A DNA stretch of 64,000 bases, from the NCBI GenBank assembly GCA_947494695.1, contig CANLWB010000018.1, forward strand, positions 5,265 through 69,264, written 5' to 3'. Below the pieces are notes generated by a model, which was not told the origin of the DNA, ran no database searches, and worked only from the letters and a program-made list of their open reading frames with translations. The stretch is from an uncultured Flavobacteriaceae bacterium (GTDB lineage Bacteria > Bacteroidota > Bacteroidia > Flavobacteriales > Flavobacteriaceae). The translations under genes were made by a program, and so were the position numbers. Of this stretch, positions 56,095-64,000 are shown in pieces (within the stretch, counting starts at the first letter, position 1; each line of letters starts with the position of its first letter).

Positions 56095-58527
56095 ATGATA
56101 TCAAATTATCTTAAAACCTCTTTTCGTAATCTTAAAAAAAGATTACCATTTACTTTGGTTAATATTATAGGACTCAGTATAGGTCTGTCTTGTTTTTTAC
56201 TTTTAATTGCTTATACTAATTATGAAGAAAAGTATGATGGTTTTCAAGAGAATAAAGGACAATTGTATAGAGTGATTTTTGAAAGATATCAGGGAGAAGA
56301 ACTAAAATCGGCATCTCCAGCAGTAATGCCACCGCTTGGTTATAAAATTAAAGAAGAAATATCAGAAGTAAAGCAAGTGTCCCGATTTTCAAATGGTTCG
56401 GGTATTGTGAAAAATGAGCATATTACAGCTAAAGAAGGAAAGCTTTTTTATGCAGACTCAGATTTTTTTTACATGTTTTCTTTTCCTCTGATATTAGGAA
56501 ATCCAGATACAGTATTAAAGAATCCAAATTCAATTGTTTTAACAGAGTCAACAGCCTCTAAATATTTCGGAAAACAGGAAGCAATAGGAAAAGAGTTAGA
56601 AGTTGCCAATAAATTTGGGACAACAAAGTATAATGTAACAGGAATAGTGAAAAATCTTCCTTTAAATACAAGTTTTAATTTTGATTTTTTATGCTCTTTT
56701 AATTCTATTCATAGGGGTGAAAAGTGGTTTGAAAACAATTGGATGTGGTGGTCGTTTCAAACTTTTGTGTCTATTTCAAACAATACTGATTTAGAAAGTG
56801 TTAAAAGACAATTTCCAGCTTTTATTGAAAAATACAAAACAAACCCAATGGAAGCAAATATTACTTGGAAGTTTAATTTTCAGCCTATCCAAGATATACA
56901 TTTAAAATCAGATTTCAGAGGAGAATCTATAAGAAGAGACACTAAAGCAAGAACATTAAATTTACTTAAAATTATAGCTTTATTGATTTTATTAATTTCA
57001 TGGGTGAATTATATTAACTTATCAACTGCAAGTTCTACAGAAAGAGCTAAAGAAATTGGAATACGTAAGTCTATTGGAGCCTATAGAAATCAAATTTCAA
57101 AACAATTTTTAATAGAAGCTAGTTTGGTAAATAGTATCGCAGCAATTCTTGCCATAGTTATCGTTTTCTTGACAATAAAACCTTTTAGTAATCTTTTAGG
57201 GTTGAATTACAGTATAGAAATTTTAATGCAACCCACTTTCTGGATGTATTTGTTACCAATAATTATTATTGGAATTATAGTTTCAGGAGGATATCCTGCA
57301 TTTGTATTGGCATCTTTTAAGTCCATAGATGTATTAAAAACACGAATGGTAAGCACCCCAAGTAGTACTTTGCTTAGAAAAATCCTTGTAGGCGTTCAAT
57401 TTGTAATTTCAATTTTGCTGATAACTTGTACATGTATCATGATTCATCAGAACAACTTTATGAAAAATAGAGATTTAGGAGTGGATATCAATGATTTAAT
57501 TGTTATAAAGAAACCTCAACTTATAAAAAAAGAAATGTATGAATCACGTCTCAATAGTTTCATAAAAGAGTTGGAAAATGCAACAAAAGTAAAATATACT
57601 TCTGCTAGTTTTGGATTGCCTTCGGTTGGTAGTTGGAGCTTGGCTGTGTGGAAAAGTTCGGAAGATTCAGAAAATCAGCAAGTTCATACTATAAATGGGG
57701 TAGATGCTAATTATATTCCAGCTTATAATCTTAAGTTGCTTGCAGGGCGCAATTTTGAAGAAAATAGAATATCCGATAAAAATGCTGTTATTGTTTCAAA
57801 AAAATCATTAAAAACACTTGGTTTAGATAAACCAAATGATGCTATTGATGTAACATTAAAAATAGAAACCTTTGAAGATAATAGGCTTTTTAATATAATA
57901 GGCGTTATTGATGATTATCATCATAATTCATTACATACACAAATAGAAGAAATGATTCTTATTCCCAACACGGGGTTGTTTAGTTCTCCAAGATATTTTT
58001 CTTTGAAGTTAGATACTAGTAAATTATTAAAAAATACAATAAAGGAATCAAATACAATTTATAAAAAATTTTTCCCTGATGATATTTTTGAATATTTTAT
58101 ATTGAAAGATGAATTTCAATTACAATATGAAGAGGAAGACAGGAATCAAAGTGTATTTACGATTTTTTCGTTTTTGGCAATTTTTCTAGCTTGTATTGGA
58201 ATTTTAGGGCTCTCATCATTTATTGCCTTTCTGAAGACACCAGGGATTGCTATTCGTAAGGTATTTGGAGCAGATAAATCAACTATACTTTGGGTGTTAT
58301 CTAAAGAGTTTTTGTATGTTTTAATTGGAGCAAGTTGTGTGGCAATTCCAATTGTTATTTATTTTATGAAAGATTGGTTAGCAGGTTTTCCTTATCGAAT
58401 AGAAATTAGTTTTTGGCACTTTGCTATAGCTATTCTTTCAATATTCTTAATAACCTTTATAATTATAGTATTTAATTTATATAAATCTCTAAGAAGAAAG
58501 CCTATAGAAACGTTGAGAGCAGAATAA
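56095..58527 (+). CDS. MacB-type ABC transporter permease (two FtsX domains, MacB periplasmic core domains)
   Basis: 810 aa. The N-terminus (FRNLKKRLPFTLVNIIGLSIGLSCFLLLIAY) is typical of Bacteroidota FtsX-family permeases. Two 4-TM FtsX modules are separated by large extracytoplasmic domains. Confidence 0.85.
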   Translation: MISNYLKTSFRNLKKRLPFTLVNIIGLSIGLSCFLLLIAYTNYEEKYDGFQENKGQLYRVIFERYQGEELKSASPAVMPPLGYKIKEEISEVKQVSRFSNGSGIVKNEHITAKEGKLFYADSDFFYMFSFPLILGNPDTVLKNPNSIVLTESTASKYFGKQEAIGKELEVANKFGTTKYNVTGIVKNLPLNTSFNFDFLCSFNSIHRGEKWFENNWMWWSFQTFVSISNNTDLESVKRQFPAFIEKYKTNPMEANITWKFNFQPIQDIHLKSDFRGESIRRDTKARTLNLLKIIALLILLISWVNYINLSTASSTERAKEIGIRKSIGAYRNQISKQFLIEASLVNSIAAILAIVIVFLTIKPFSNLLGLNYSIEILMQPTFWMYLLPIIIIGIIVSGGYPAFVLASFKSIDVLKTRMVSTPSSTLLRKILVGVQFVISILLITCTCIMIHQNNFMKNRDLGVDINDLIVIKKPQLIKKEMYESRLNSFIKELENATKVKYTSASFGLPSVGSWSLAVWKSSEDSENQQVHTINGVDANYIPAYNLKLLAGRNFEENRISDKNAVIVSKKSLKTLGLDKPNDAIDVTLKIETFEDNRLFNIIGVIDDYHHNSLHTQIEEMILIPNTGLFSSPRYFSLKLDTSKLLKNTIKESNTIYKKFFPDDIFEYFILKDEFQLQYEEEDRNQSVFTIFSFLAIFLACIGILGLSSFIAFLKTPGIAIRKVFGADKSTILWVLSKEFLYVLIGASCVAIPIVIYFMKDWLAGFPYRIEISFWHFAIAILSIFLITFIIIVFNLYKSLRRKPIETLRAE

Positions 58528-58599
58528 GTAATTTTATGTAAATTATTATACACTCTTTTATAGAAAACAAATATGATAAGTAGTATTAAAATATGAGCT

Positions 58600-59283
58600 A
58601 TGATAAAAATAGAAAACCTTTCGAAAGTATTCAGGTCAGTAGATATGGAAACAACTGCAATTAATAATTTAACTTTAGAAGTAAATGCTGGTAGTTTTAT
58701 TGCTATTATGGGCCCTTCAGGATGTGGGAAATCTACTTTACTTAATATCCTTGGATTGCTTGACAATCCAAGTTCAGGAACTTACAATTTTGGTAGTCAG
58801 GAAGTATCTAAGTTTACAGAAAAACAATTGACGACTTTGCGTAAAGGAGGAGTTGGGTTTATTTTTCAAAATTTTAATTTGATAGACGAATTAACCGTTT
58901 TTGAAAATGTAGCATTGCCTTTAGAATATCTTAAAGTTTCAAAAAGTGATAGAAAAAAACGAGTAGATGATGTATTAAAACGTATTGGGATTGATCATAG
59001 AGCGGATCATTTTCCTCGGCAGTTATCTGGTGGGCAACAACAAAGAGTTGCTGTTGCACGAGCAATTGCATTCAAACCTAAATTTATTTTGGCAGATGAG
59101 CCTACAGGTAATTTAGATTCCAAAAATGGCAGAGAAGTTATGGAGTTACTTTCTGAATTGAATAAAGAAGGAGTGACTATTATTATGGTAACTCACTCTA
59201 AAAGAGATGCTAAGTATGCCAACAGAAAGATATTTTTGCATGATGGTCAAATAGTAGAAAAATTAATTGAGGAAGATGTTTAA
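58600..59283 (+). CDS. ABC transporter ATP-binding protein (MacB/LolD-like)
   Basis: 227 aa with Walker [10 protein letters not shown], signature LSGGQQQR and Walker [12 protein letters not shown]. Confidence 0.9.
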   Translation: MIKIENLSKVFRSVDMETTAINNLTLEVNAGSFIAIMGPSGCGKSTLLNILGLLDNPSSGTYNFGSQEVSKFTEKQLTTLRKGGVGFIFQNFNLIDELTVFENVALPLEYLKVSKSDRKKRVDDVLKRIGIDHRADHFPRQLSGGQQQRVAVARAIAFKPKFILADEPTGNLDSKNGREVMELLSELNKEGVTIIMVTHSKRDAKYANRKIFLHDGQIVEKLIEEDV

Positions 59284-59379
59284 AAGAATCTCAATTTTAT
59301 AATAAATGATAGCGTTATAGAAGCTTACCATGAAGAGGGAATATGTGTTAAATCAGATTTCTATTCTATATTTGGAGTT

Positions 59380-60168
59380 TTGACCGTTCCTGAAATTAAG
59401 AAAACAGGAATGGATAGGCCTTTATTGGTATTAGTCCCAGCAGTAAGTGGTACTAGAATTGGACCTCAAAGAATATTTGTTGAAATTGCTAGAGAAGCTG
59501 CTGAACTTGGATATTTTAGTTTTAGAATGGATATGAATCGTGCAGGTGATTCACTTGAAGATTCTGAAGTAATTATAAATACTTCAGAAAATCCATTAAC
59601 CTCATGGTATAGTAATTATTTGGATGAAGTCACTGATTTTTTTAGTAAAGAACCTTATGTCTTTAAGAGTTATTTATTATTAAGCATTTCATTAGGATGC
59701 GAACCAATTTTAAGATATGCAATAAAGAAGTCTTATGATTCGGTGATATTTCTTTCTCCAACCTATTTAGATTATGTGAATATCACTAATGTTAATAAAA
59801 AAAATCTAAAAGCCTATTTGTATAAAATTTTTAAGAAACAGACCTGGGTGAAATTACTGCACTTTGATTTGAATTGGAAAAAAATAGTTAGAAATGTAAT
59901 CCCTAAAAAGCAGGCAATTAAAAAAGAAACACCCTCTCAATTGATTGTTAATGGACCTATTGAAGTATACAGTATCTATGGTGAATTAGATAAAGAATTT
60001 ACAGATTCAAATAACTATTGGAATAAATTGGTAGATGAAGGGGGGCTATCTTCGTTTACCTATAAGATGATTAAAGGCTCAGACCATAATTTTTTTGGAT
60101 ATCAGTTTAAAAAAGATGTTAAGTCTATTCTAAAAGAGTGGCTATTTGGATTTGAATGGAGAAATTAA
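59380..60168 (+). CDS. alpha/beta-fold protein resembling exosortase-A-system-associated hydrolase 1 (start uncertain)
   Basis: The block GPQRIFVEIAREAAELGYFSFRMDMNRAGDS resembles, from memory, the hydr1_PEP-type N-terminal block. No canonical GxSxG is present (SISLGCE at the expected elbow). The same frame stays open and looks coding back to 59284, with no ATG, GTG or TTG upstream of 59380. Confidence 0.55.
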   Translation: MTVPEIKKTGMDRPLLVLVPAVSGTRIGPQRIFVEIAREAAELGYFSFRMDMNRAGDSLEDSEVIINTSENPLTSWYSNYLDEVTDFFSKEPYVFKSYLLLSISLGCEPILRYAIKKSYDSVIFLSPTYLDYVNITNVNKKNLKAYLYKIFKKQTWVKLLHFDLNWKKIVRNVIPKKQAIKKETPSQLIVNGPIEVYSIYGELDKEFTDSNNYWNKLVDEGGLSSFTYKMIKGSDHNFFGYQFKKDVKSILKEWLFGFEWRN

Positions 60169-60947
60169 TTTTTAAAACTTTTGAGAATCCTAAAAGGGAA
60201 ACGAATATCTGTTTACATATTCACTACCCTATACAATCAAACGAGAAAGCATTTCTTTTTTTGAACCCATTGTTTGATGAGAAAAAACGATCACAAAAAT
60301 TTCAAACGAATACTGCTCGCGCCTTAGCTGATATAGGTTATACAGTAGTTCGATTTGATTATTATGGAACGGGAGATAGCTATGGAGATTTGAAAGAATT
60401 AACTATAAGCACTTGTTTAGAAAGTAGTAAACAAATTTTGGAGTTCATTCATACTGAGTTCGGAATTAATAGTGTTTCAATTTTAGGGATACGGTTTGGA
60501 GCAAGTTTAGCATTAGAATTAGCATCAAAATGCAACGAGATAGGAGGTGTTTTTTTGATAGATCCTATTGCTTTAGGAAAAAGATATCTTACAGAGCTTC
60601 GATTACGTAGAAAGGCTTTTTTTATGGTGAATAACATGAAAAATACAGACGATAAAGTAATTATCAATGGAAAAAAATATGAAGATCATCAAGGGTATTT
60701 AATAAGTGTTTCATTAACTGAAGAATTGGAGAACTTAAATATATTTCAAAATAAACTAAGTGAAAAAAGTGTTTTTCTCTTTTCGTTAGATGTGTTGAAT
60801 TATAAAAAATTATTAAAACTAAAAGAGGATTTGAATGCATCCAATAACAAAATTAAATTAATAAAAGACAAGACACCATCATTTTGGGATACTATGGAAA
60901 TGATAAAAACTGAATCACTGACATCTGAAATTTTGAAATATGTTTAA
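60156..60947 (+). CDS. alpha/beta-fold protein resembling exosortase-A-system-associated hydrolase 2
   Basis: 263 aa, overlapping the previous gene by 13 nt. The block FLFLNPLFDEKKRSQKFQTNTARALADIGYTVVRFDYYGTGDSYGD resembles, from memory, the hydr2_PEP pattern. The nucleophile elbow reads GIRFG, with Arg where Ser is expected. Confidence 0.55.
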   Translation: MEKLIFKTFENPKRETNICLHIHYPIQSNEKAFLFLNPLFDEKKRSQKFQTNTARALADIGYTVVRFDYYGTGDSYGDLKELTISTCLESSKQILEFIHTEFGINSVSILGIRFGASLALELASKCNEIGGVFLIDPIALGKRYLTELRLRRKAFFMVNNMKNTDDKVIINGKKYEDHQGYLISVSLTEELENLNIFQNKLSEKSVFLFSLDVLNYKKLLKLKEDLNASNNKIKLIKDKTPSFWDTMEMIKTESLTSEILKYV

Positions 60948-61254
60948 TCTTTTTAAAAAGAAAATAAAAAAGAAAAGTGAAAAGAATACTGTTTTTGTAG
61001 TTTCTACTTTAGATACTGTAAAAAGGCTAATTTCTGATGTCATTGAAGATATAGATCAAAATACGATTCAACCAGAAGTTGAATTAGAAAATTTAGGTTT
61101 AGACTCTATAAAATTTCTGAATATTTTGCTGGCCTTCGAAAATGTATTAGAAATAGATTTAGAATATATGGTTGAAAAAATAGACCTTTCAACTATACAG
61201 ACCGTTCAGGATATTGTTAATCTTATTGAAGAACTTAGAATAAGTAAAGTTTAG
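60940..61254 (+). CDS. acyl/peptidyl carrier protein
   Basis: 104 aa, overlapping the previous gene by 8 nt. It has a phosphopantetheine-attachment-like motif (LENLGLDSIKFLNILLAFE) and a four-helix-sized acidic protein body. Confidence 0.7.
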   Translation: MFNLFKKKIKKKSEKNTVFVVSTLDTVKRLISDVIEDIDQNTIQPEVELENLGLDSIKFLNILLAFENVLEIDLEYMVEKIDLSTIQTVQDIVNLIEELRISKV

Positions 61255-61638
61255 ACGAGATATCATATTTATAAAAACTAAAGAACAATTTAAAATCTAT
61301 TATTTTTTGATGATAATTAAACTATCGAAAGCATGTTTGTCTTCTTTTCTGTAGATGCATATAAGTTCATTAAAGGTATTGGACGCTTTATTTAAGAAAT
61401 AATAAAGTTGGTATTAATTATTTTTCTTAAAGGAGACTAAATACTCCAAGTGTAGATAACTAAAATCAATATAATAGGTATATTGTATTACTTTTATAAA
61501 AATAATAATTTATTACTAAAATAGTTTTGATTTTACTAAGAACGAATTATTTTTGGGTGTGATGTCTAAGTTGTAGGATTTAATTATTGAAAGCATGAAT
61601 AACGAAGCTCAATATTGTAAAAAAACAAAATATAACGA

Positions 61639-62760
61639 ATGAAAATTTACCTAAACTTATTTTACTTATTAGCAGTTTTGCTATTTACTTTCCCGCGTAT
61701 AACAAGCGCGCAAATCATTTCTAAAGAACCTAAGGATTTGTTCATCACAGGGAATGAATCGATAATATTTACTTCCAAAATAAATAACAAAGAATATAAG
61801 ATATTTGTACAGTTACCTAAAAACTATCAAACTAATTCAAAACAAAAATATCCTGTTTTTTATACTCTTGATGGTCAAGATACATTTGCAATGGTGTCTT
61901 CAATCTATAATAGTATTAGGTTTGATGGTTATGTTCCTGGAATCATTATCATTGGAATTTCTTATGGAGGAGAAAAATCTAGTTTTGGCTCATTAAGAAT
62001 ATCAGATCTCACACCTACACTACTTGATGATTATGCAAATTCAGGTGGAGCTCCAGAATTTCAGAAAGTGTTAAGTGATGAACTAATACCAATGGTTGAT
62101 TCTCTTTATAGAACAGATAAAACAAACCGAGCATTAGCTGGGACTTCTTTTGGAGGATTGTTTACTCATTATACTCTTTTTACACAGCCTAAGTTGTTTA
62201 ATGGTTATATAATAACTAACCCAAGTTTTGGATGGGGTGATAATTATGTTTATAAACTTGAAGAGAGTTTTGCAGAAAGTAATTTGAGTATAAATGCAAA
62301 AGTAATGTTTGTAAGTGGTGAGTATGATATGGTATCAGATGTAACTAAGATGGTTAATCAGATAAAAAAACATCAATATAAAAACCTAGCACTTAATTTC
62401 GAGGTATTAAAAGAAATGGGGCATTCGGGAAGTGATGCTGAATCATTTTCGCACGGATTTAATTTTATTTATAAGAGACCAATTGTGATACTGCCTGAAA
62501 TAGAATTAATGAAATACCTCGGAACATACAAATCACCAGAAGGAGAGATTGTTGATATCATTATTAAGGATGGAGAGTTAATGCTGACAAATGATAATGG
62601 TATTAGTGGGACTATGATTCATGCTTTAAGCAATTCCGATTTTACTTTTAACGGAAAATATTTTGACTTTCATTTCATTAAAAATAAAGATGGAAATATA
62701 AATGGTTTCTTTCTACAGTATAGTTTAAAAGGCTCATTTACTGCTGAAAAAATTAAATAA
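61639..62760 (+). CDS. secreted esterase, alpha/beta hydrolase (putative-esterase / IroE-like family)
   Basis: 373 aa with a signal peptide. It has the YPVFYTLDGQ block and the nucleophile elbow GTSFGG, with His in MGHSG. An extra C-terminal beta domain is present. Confidence 0.7.
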   Translation: MKIYLNLFYLLAVLLFTFPRITSAQIISKEPKDLFITGNESIIFTSKINNKEYKIFVQLPKNYQTNSKQKYPVFYTLDGQDTFAMVSSIYNSIRFDGYVPGIIIIGISYGGEKSSFGSLRISDLTPTLLDDYANSGGAPEFQKVLSDELIPMVDSLYRTDKTNRALAGTSFGGLFTHYTLFTQPKLFNGYIITNPSFGWGDNYVYKLEESFAESNLSINAKVMFVSGEYDMVSDVTKMVNQIKKHQYKNLALNFEVLKEMGHSGSDAESFSHGFNFIYKRPIVILPEIELMKYLGTYKSPEGEIVDIIIKDGELMLTNDNGISGTMIHALSNSDFTFNGKYFDFHFIKNKDGNINGFFLQYSLKGSFTAEKIK

Positions 62761-63191
62761 GTAAAAGTAATAAGTTGTATTCACGACTTGATTAGTTTTA
62801 GTATTATAAGTAAATTTTCTAGGAAATAGATACCAATAACTTTTTTGGAATACTATATAAACAATAAAAAAACAGATTTACTATTAGGGAATATTTTGAA
62901 AATATTTCTTTTTTTAAGAATAGAATAAGAAAGAACATAAACTTTCTATTTGTACAATTTGCTATCAATAGTGAAGTATGTACAGATACAATTCAACTGG
63001 AAATATTGTTAGAAAATTTGATATCTGATTTTACAAGGTTTTTTTGAACATTTTATTGCTTTTGAAGATGTTTTAGAGGTATAGGTTTGGAAAATGTAAT
63101 CGAAGAAATAGCTCTTTCTATAAACAGTTTAAATTCAAAATATTATTAAGCTTGTAAATCAACTGAAAGCAAATTATATCAAGTAGGTTTT

Positions 63192-64000
63192 ATGAGAAAT
63201 CATTTATATATAAAATACCAAGAACTAAAAAAAAACACCTCTAATAAAGTAATATACTTTGAACAAAATGAGAGAATAGAAAAGGATTTTGCTTCTTTTT
63301 CTGATGATATTGATAAGGATATAAAGATATTAAAGGCGTTAGAGGAGCAAAAGAAAGGAATAAAACGAGTTGGTATATTGGGAACTACGTCATACAGATG
63401 GATGACTTTAGATCATGCTTGCATAAAAGGGGGGTATAAATCTGCAGGACTTCCTGAGACTTTGAATATAGAAGCTCTCGATAAAATCATCAAAGATCTT
63501 AATATTGATTTAGTGTTAGTTGATTTTAAGTTGAAAGAGAAATATGAGAAACTTGACTGTATTCATATTTATTATTTCAATTGTACGAAGTTGGTAGTTA
63601 ATGATATTGAGGCAATTAATGTTCAGAAACAAATAATCTCAGAAGAAAATCTGATCCAAGAAGACTATAGTATTGTTTTTTCGTCGGGTACGTCTGAAAA
63701 TATTAAATATATCAATAGGAGGTTCTTTGAATTCAAAAAACAAAAAACATCATTTTTAAAAAAAGTAAAGGAGTATTGGTGGTTTAGAGGGTCGATTTGG
63801 TATATCATTAAAAATAAAAGTAAAAATAAATTAATTATTTATCTTCCCTTTTCTCATCCTATGCAAAGATGGTTTGTTCAGATAGCTATTAATAATAAAT
63901 TAGATATTGTATTATCAGACCCTAAGAATTGTATCAAACATATTATGATTGAAAAACCCAACATTATGGTGTCAATTCCTCCTATATATGATGCCATGGC
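63192..64000 (+). CDS. AMP-dependent synthetase/ligase-like protein, 3' end beyond the window
   Basis: This ORF is not in the supplied track because it has no stop. I translated 63192 to the window end by hand and found no stop codon. Its blocks are like those of long-chain acyl-CoA ligases: ILGTTSYRWMTLDHACIKGGYKSAGLP, then SIVFSSGTSENIKYI at the position of TSGTTGxPKG, then IIYLPFSHPMQRW. Confidence 0.6.
   Translation, partial: MRNHLYIKYQELKKNTSNKVIYFEQNERIEKDFASFSDDIDKDIKILKALEEQKKGIKRVGILGTTSYRWMTLDHACIKGGYKSAGLPETLNIEALDKIIKDLNIDLVLVDFKLKEKYEKLDCIHIYYFNCTKLVVNDIEAINVQKQIISEENLIQEDYSIVFSSGTSENIKYINRRFFEFKKQKTSFLKKVKEYWWFRGSIWYIIKNKSKNKLIIYLPFSHPMQRWFVQIAINNKLDIVLSDPKNCIKHIMIEKPNIMVSIPPIYDAM

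Noticed and set aside
58392-58766. 124-aa minus-strand ORF spanning the permease/ATPase junction.
   Set aside because: It is antisense to two well-supported ABC transporter genes and is partly the mirror of the Walker A region. It is a shadow ORF.

Overview
Low-GC Bacteroidota chromosome segment, Flavobacteriaceae-like. The assignment rests on SusC/SusD genes, many T9SS C-terminal sorting domains, TAnnTTTG-type promoter boxes and an ATP-cone NrdB. There are five blocks. (1) 1-9.5 kb holds a partial hpf, a YjbR-like gene, and an ECF-sigma (duplicated) / FecR / SusC / SusD trans-envelope signalling locus with no CAZymes. (2) 9.5-12.8 kb holds an accessory triad (MauE/DoxX membrane protein, a translationally coupled membrane-anchored protein, a small secreted 4-Cys protein) followed by about 0.9 kb with no credible ORF. 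(3) 12.8-27.5 kb is core housekeeping: rlmH, nadC, yihY-like, DUF2147, priA, a LytTR response regulator, rpsF-rpsR-rplI, a TonB-dependent receptor, hisS and hypotheticals, interspersed with REP-like palindromes. (4) 27.7-46.3 kb is an island of four very large T9SS-sorted surface proteins: two paralogous giants with LamG and thrombospondin-type-3-like repeats (minus strand), and divergently two tandemly duplicated Cys-type sulfatases fused to LamG modules. (5) After a GyrI-like gene and a class I RNR operon (ATP-cone NrdB plus short NrdA), a 3' half of tRNA-Met(CAU) at about 50.95 kb marks the edge of a visibly more AT-rich integrative element that runs past the window end. The element carries a tyrosine integrase, an IS6-family remnant that truncated a second integrase copy, a DltD-like SGNH protein, and an operon: UpxY-like antiterminator, MacB-type ABC exporter, two paired alpha/beta-fold proteins, a carrier protein, a secreted esterase and an AMP-ligase-like gene. 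That operon is headed by a (TC)10 repeat and a C8A7 tract. I consider it the best candidate for an undescribed system. It resembles, from memory, the function-unknown hydrolase1/hydrolase2/ACP/ligase cassette of proteobacterial exosortase-A loci, but here in a T9SS flavobacterial, mobile-element, ABC-exporter context. No rRNA, intact tRNA or CRISPR array was seen. All family assignments come from reading the translated ORFs and are not database-verified.
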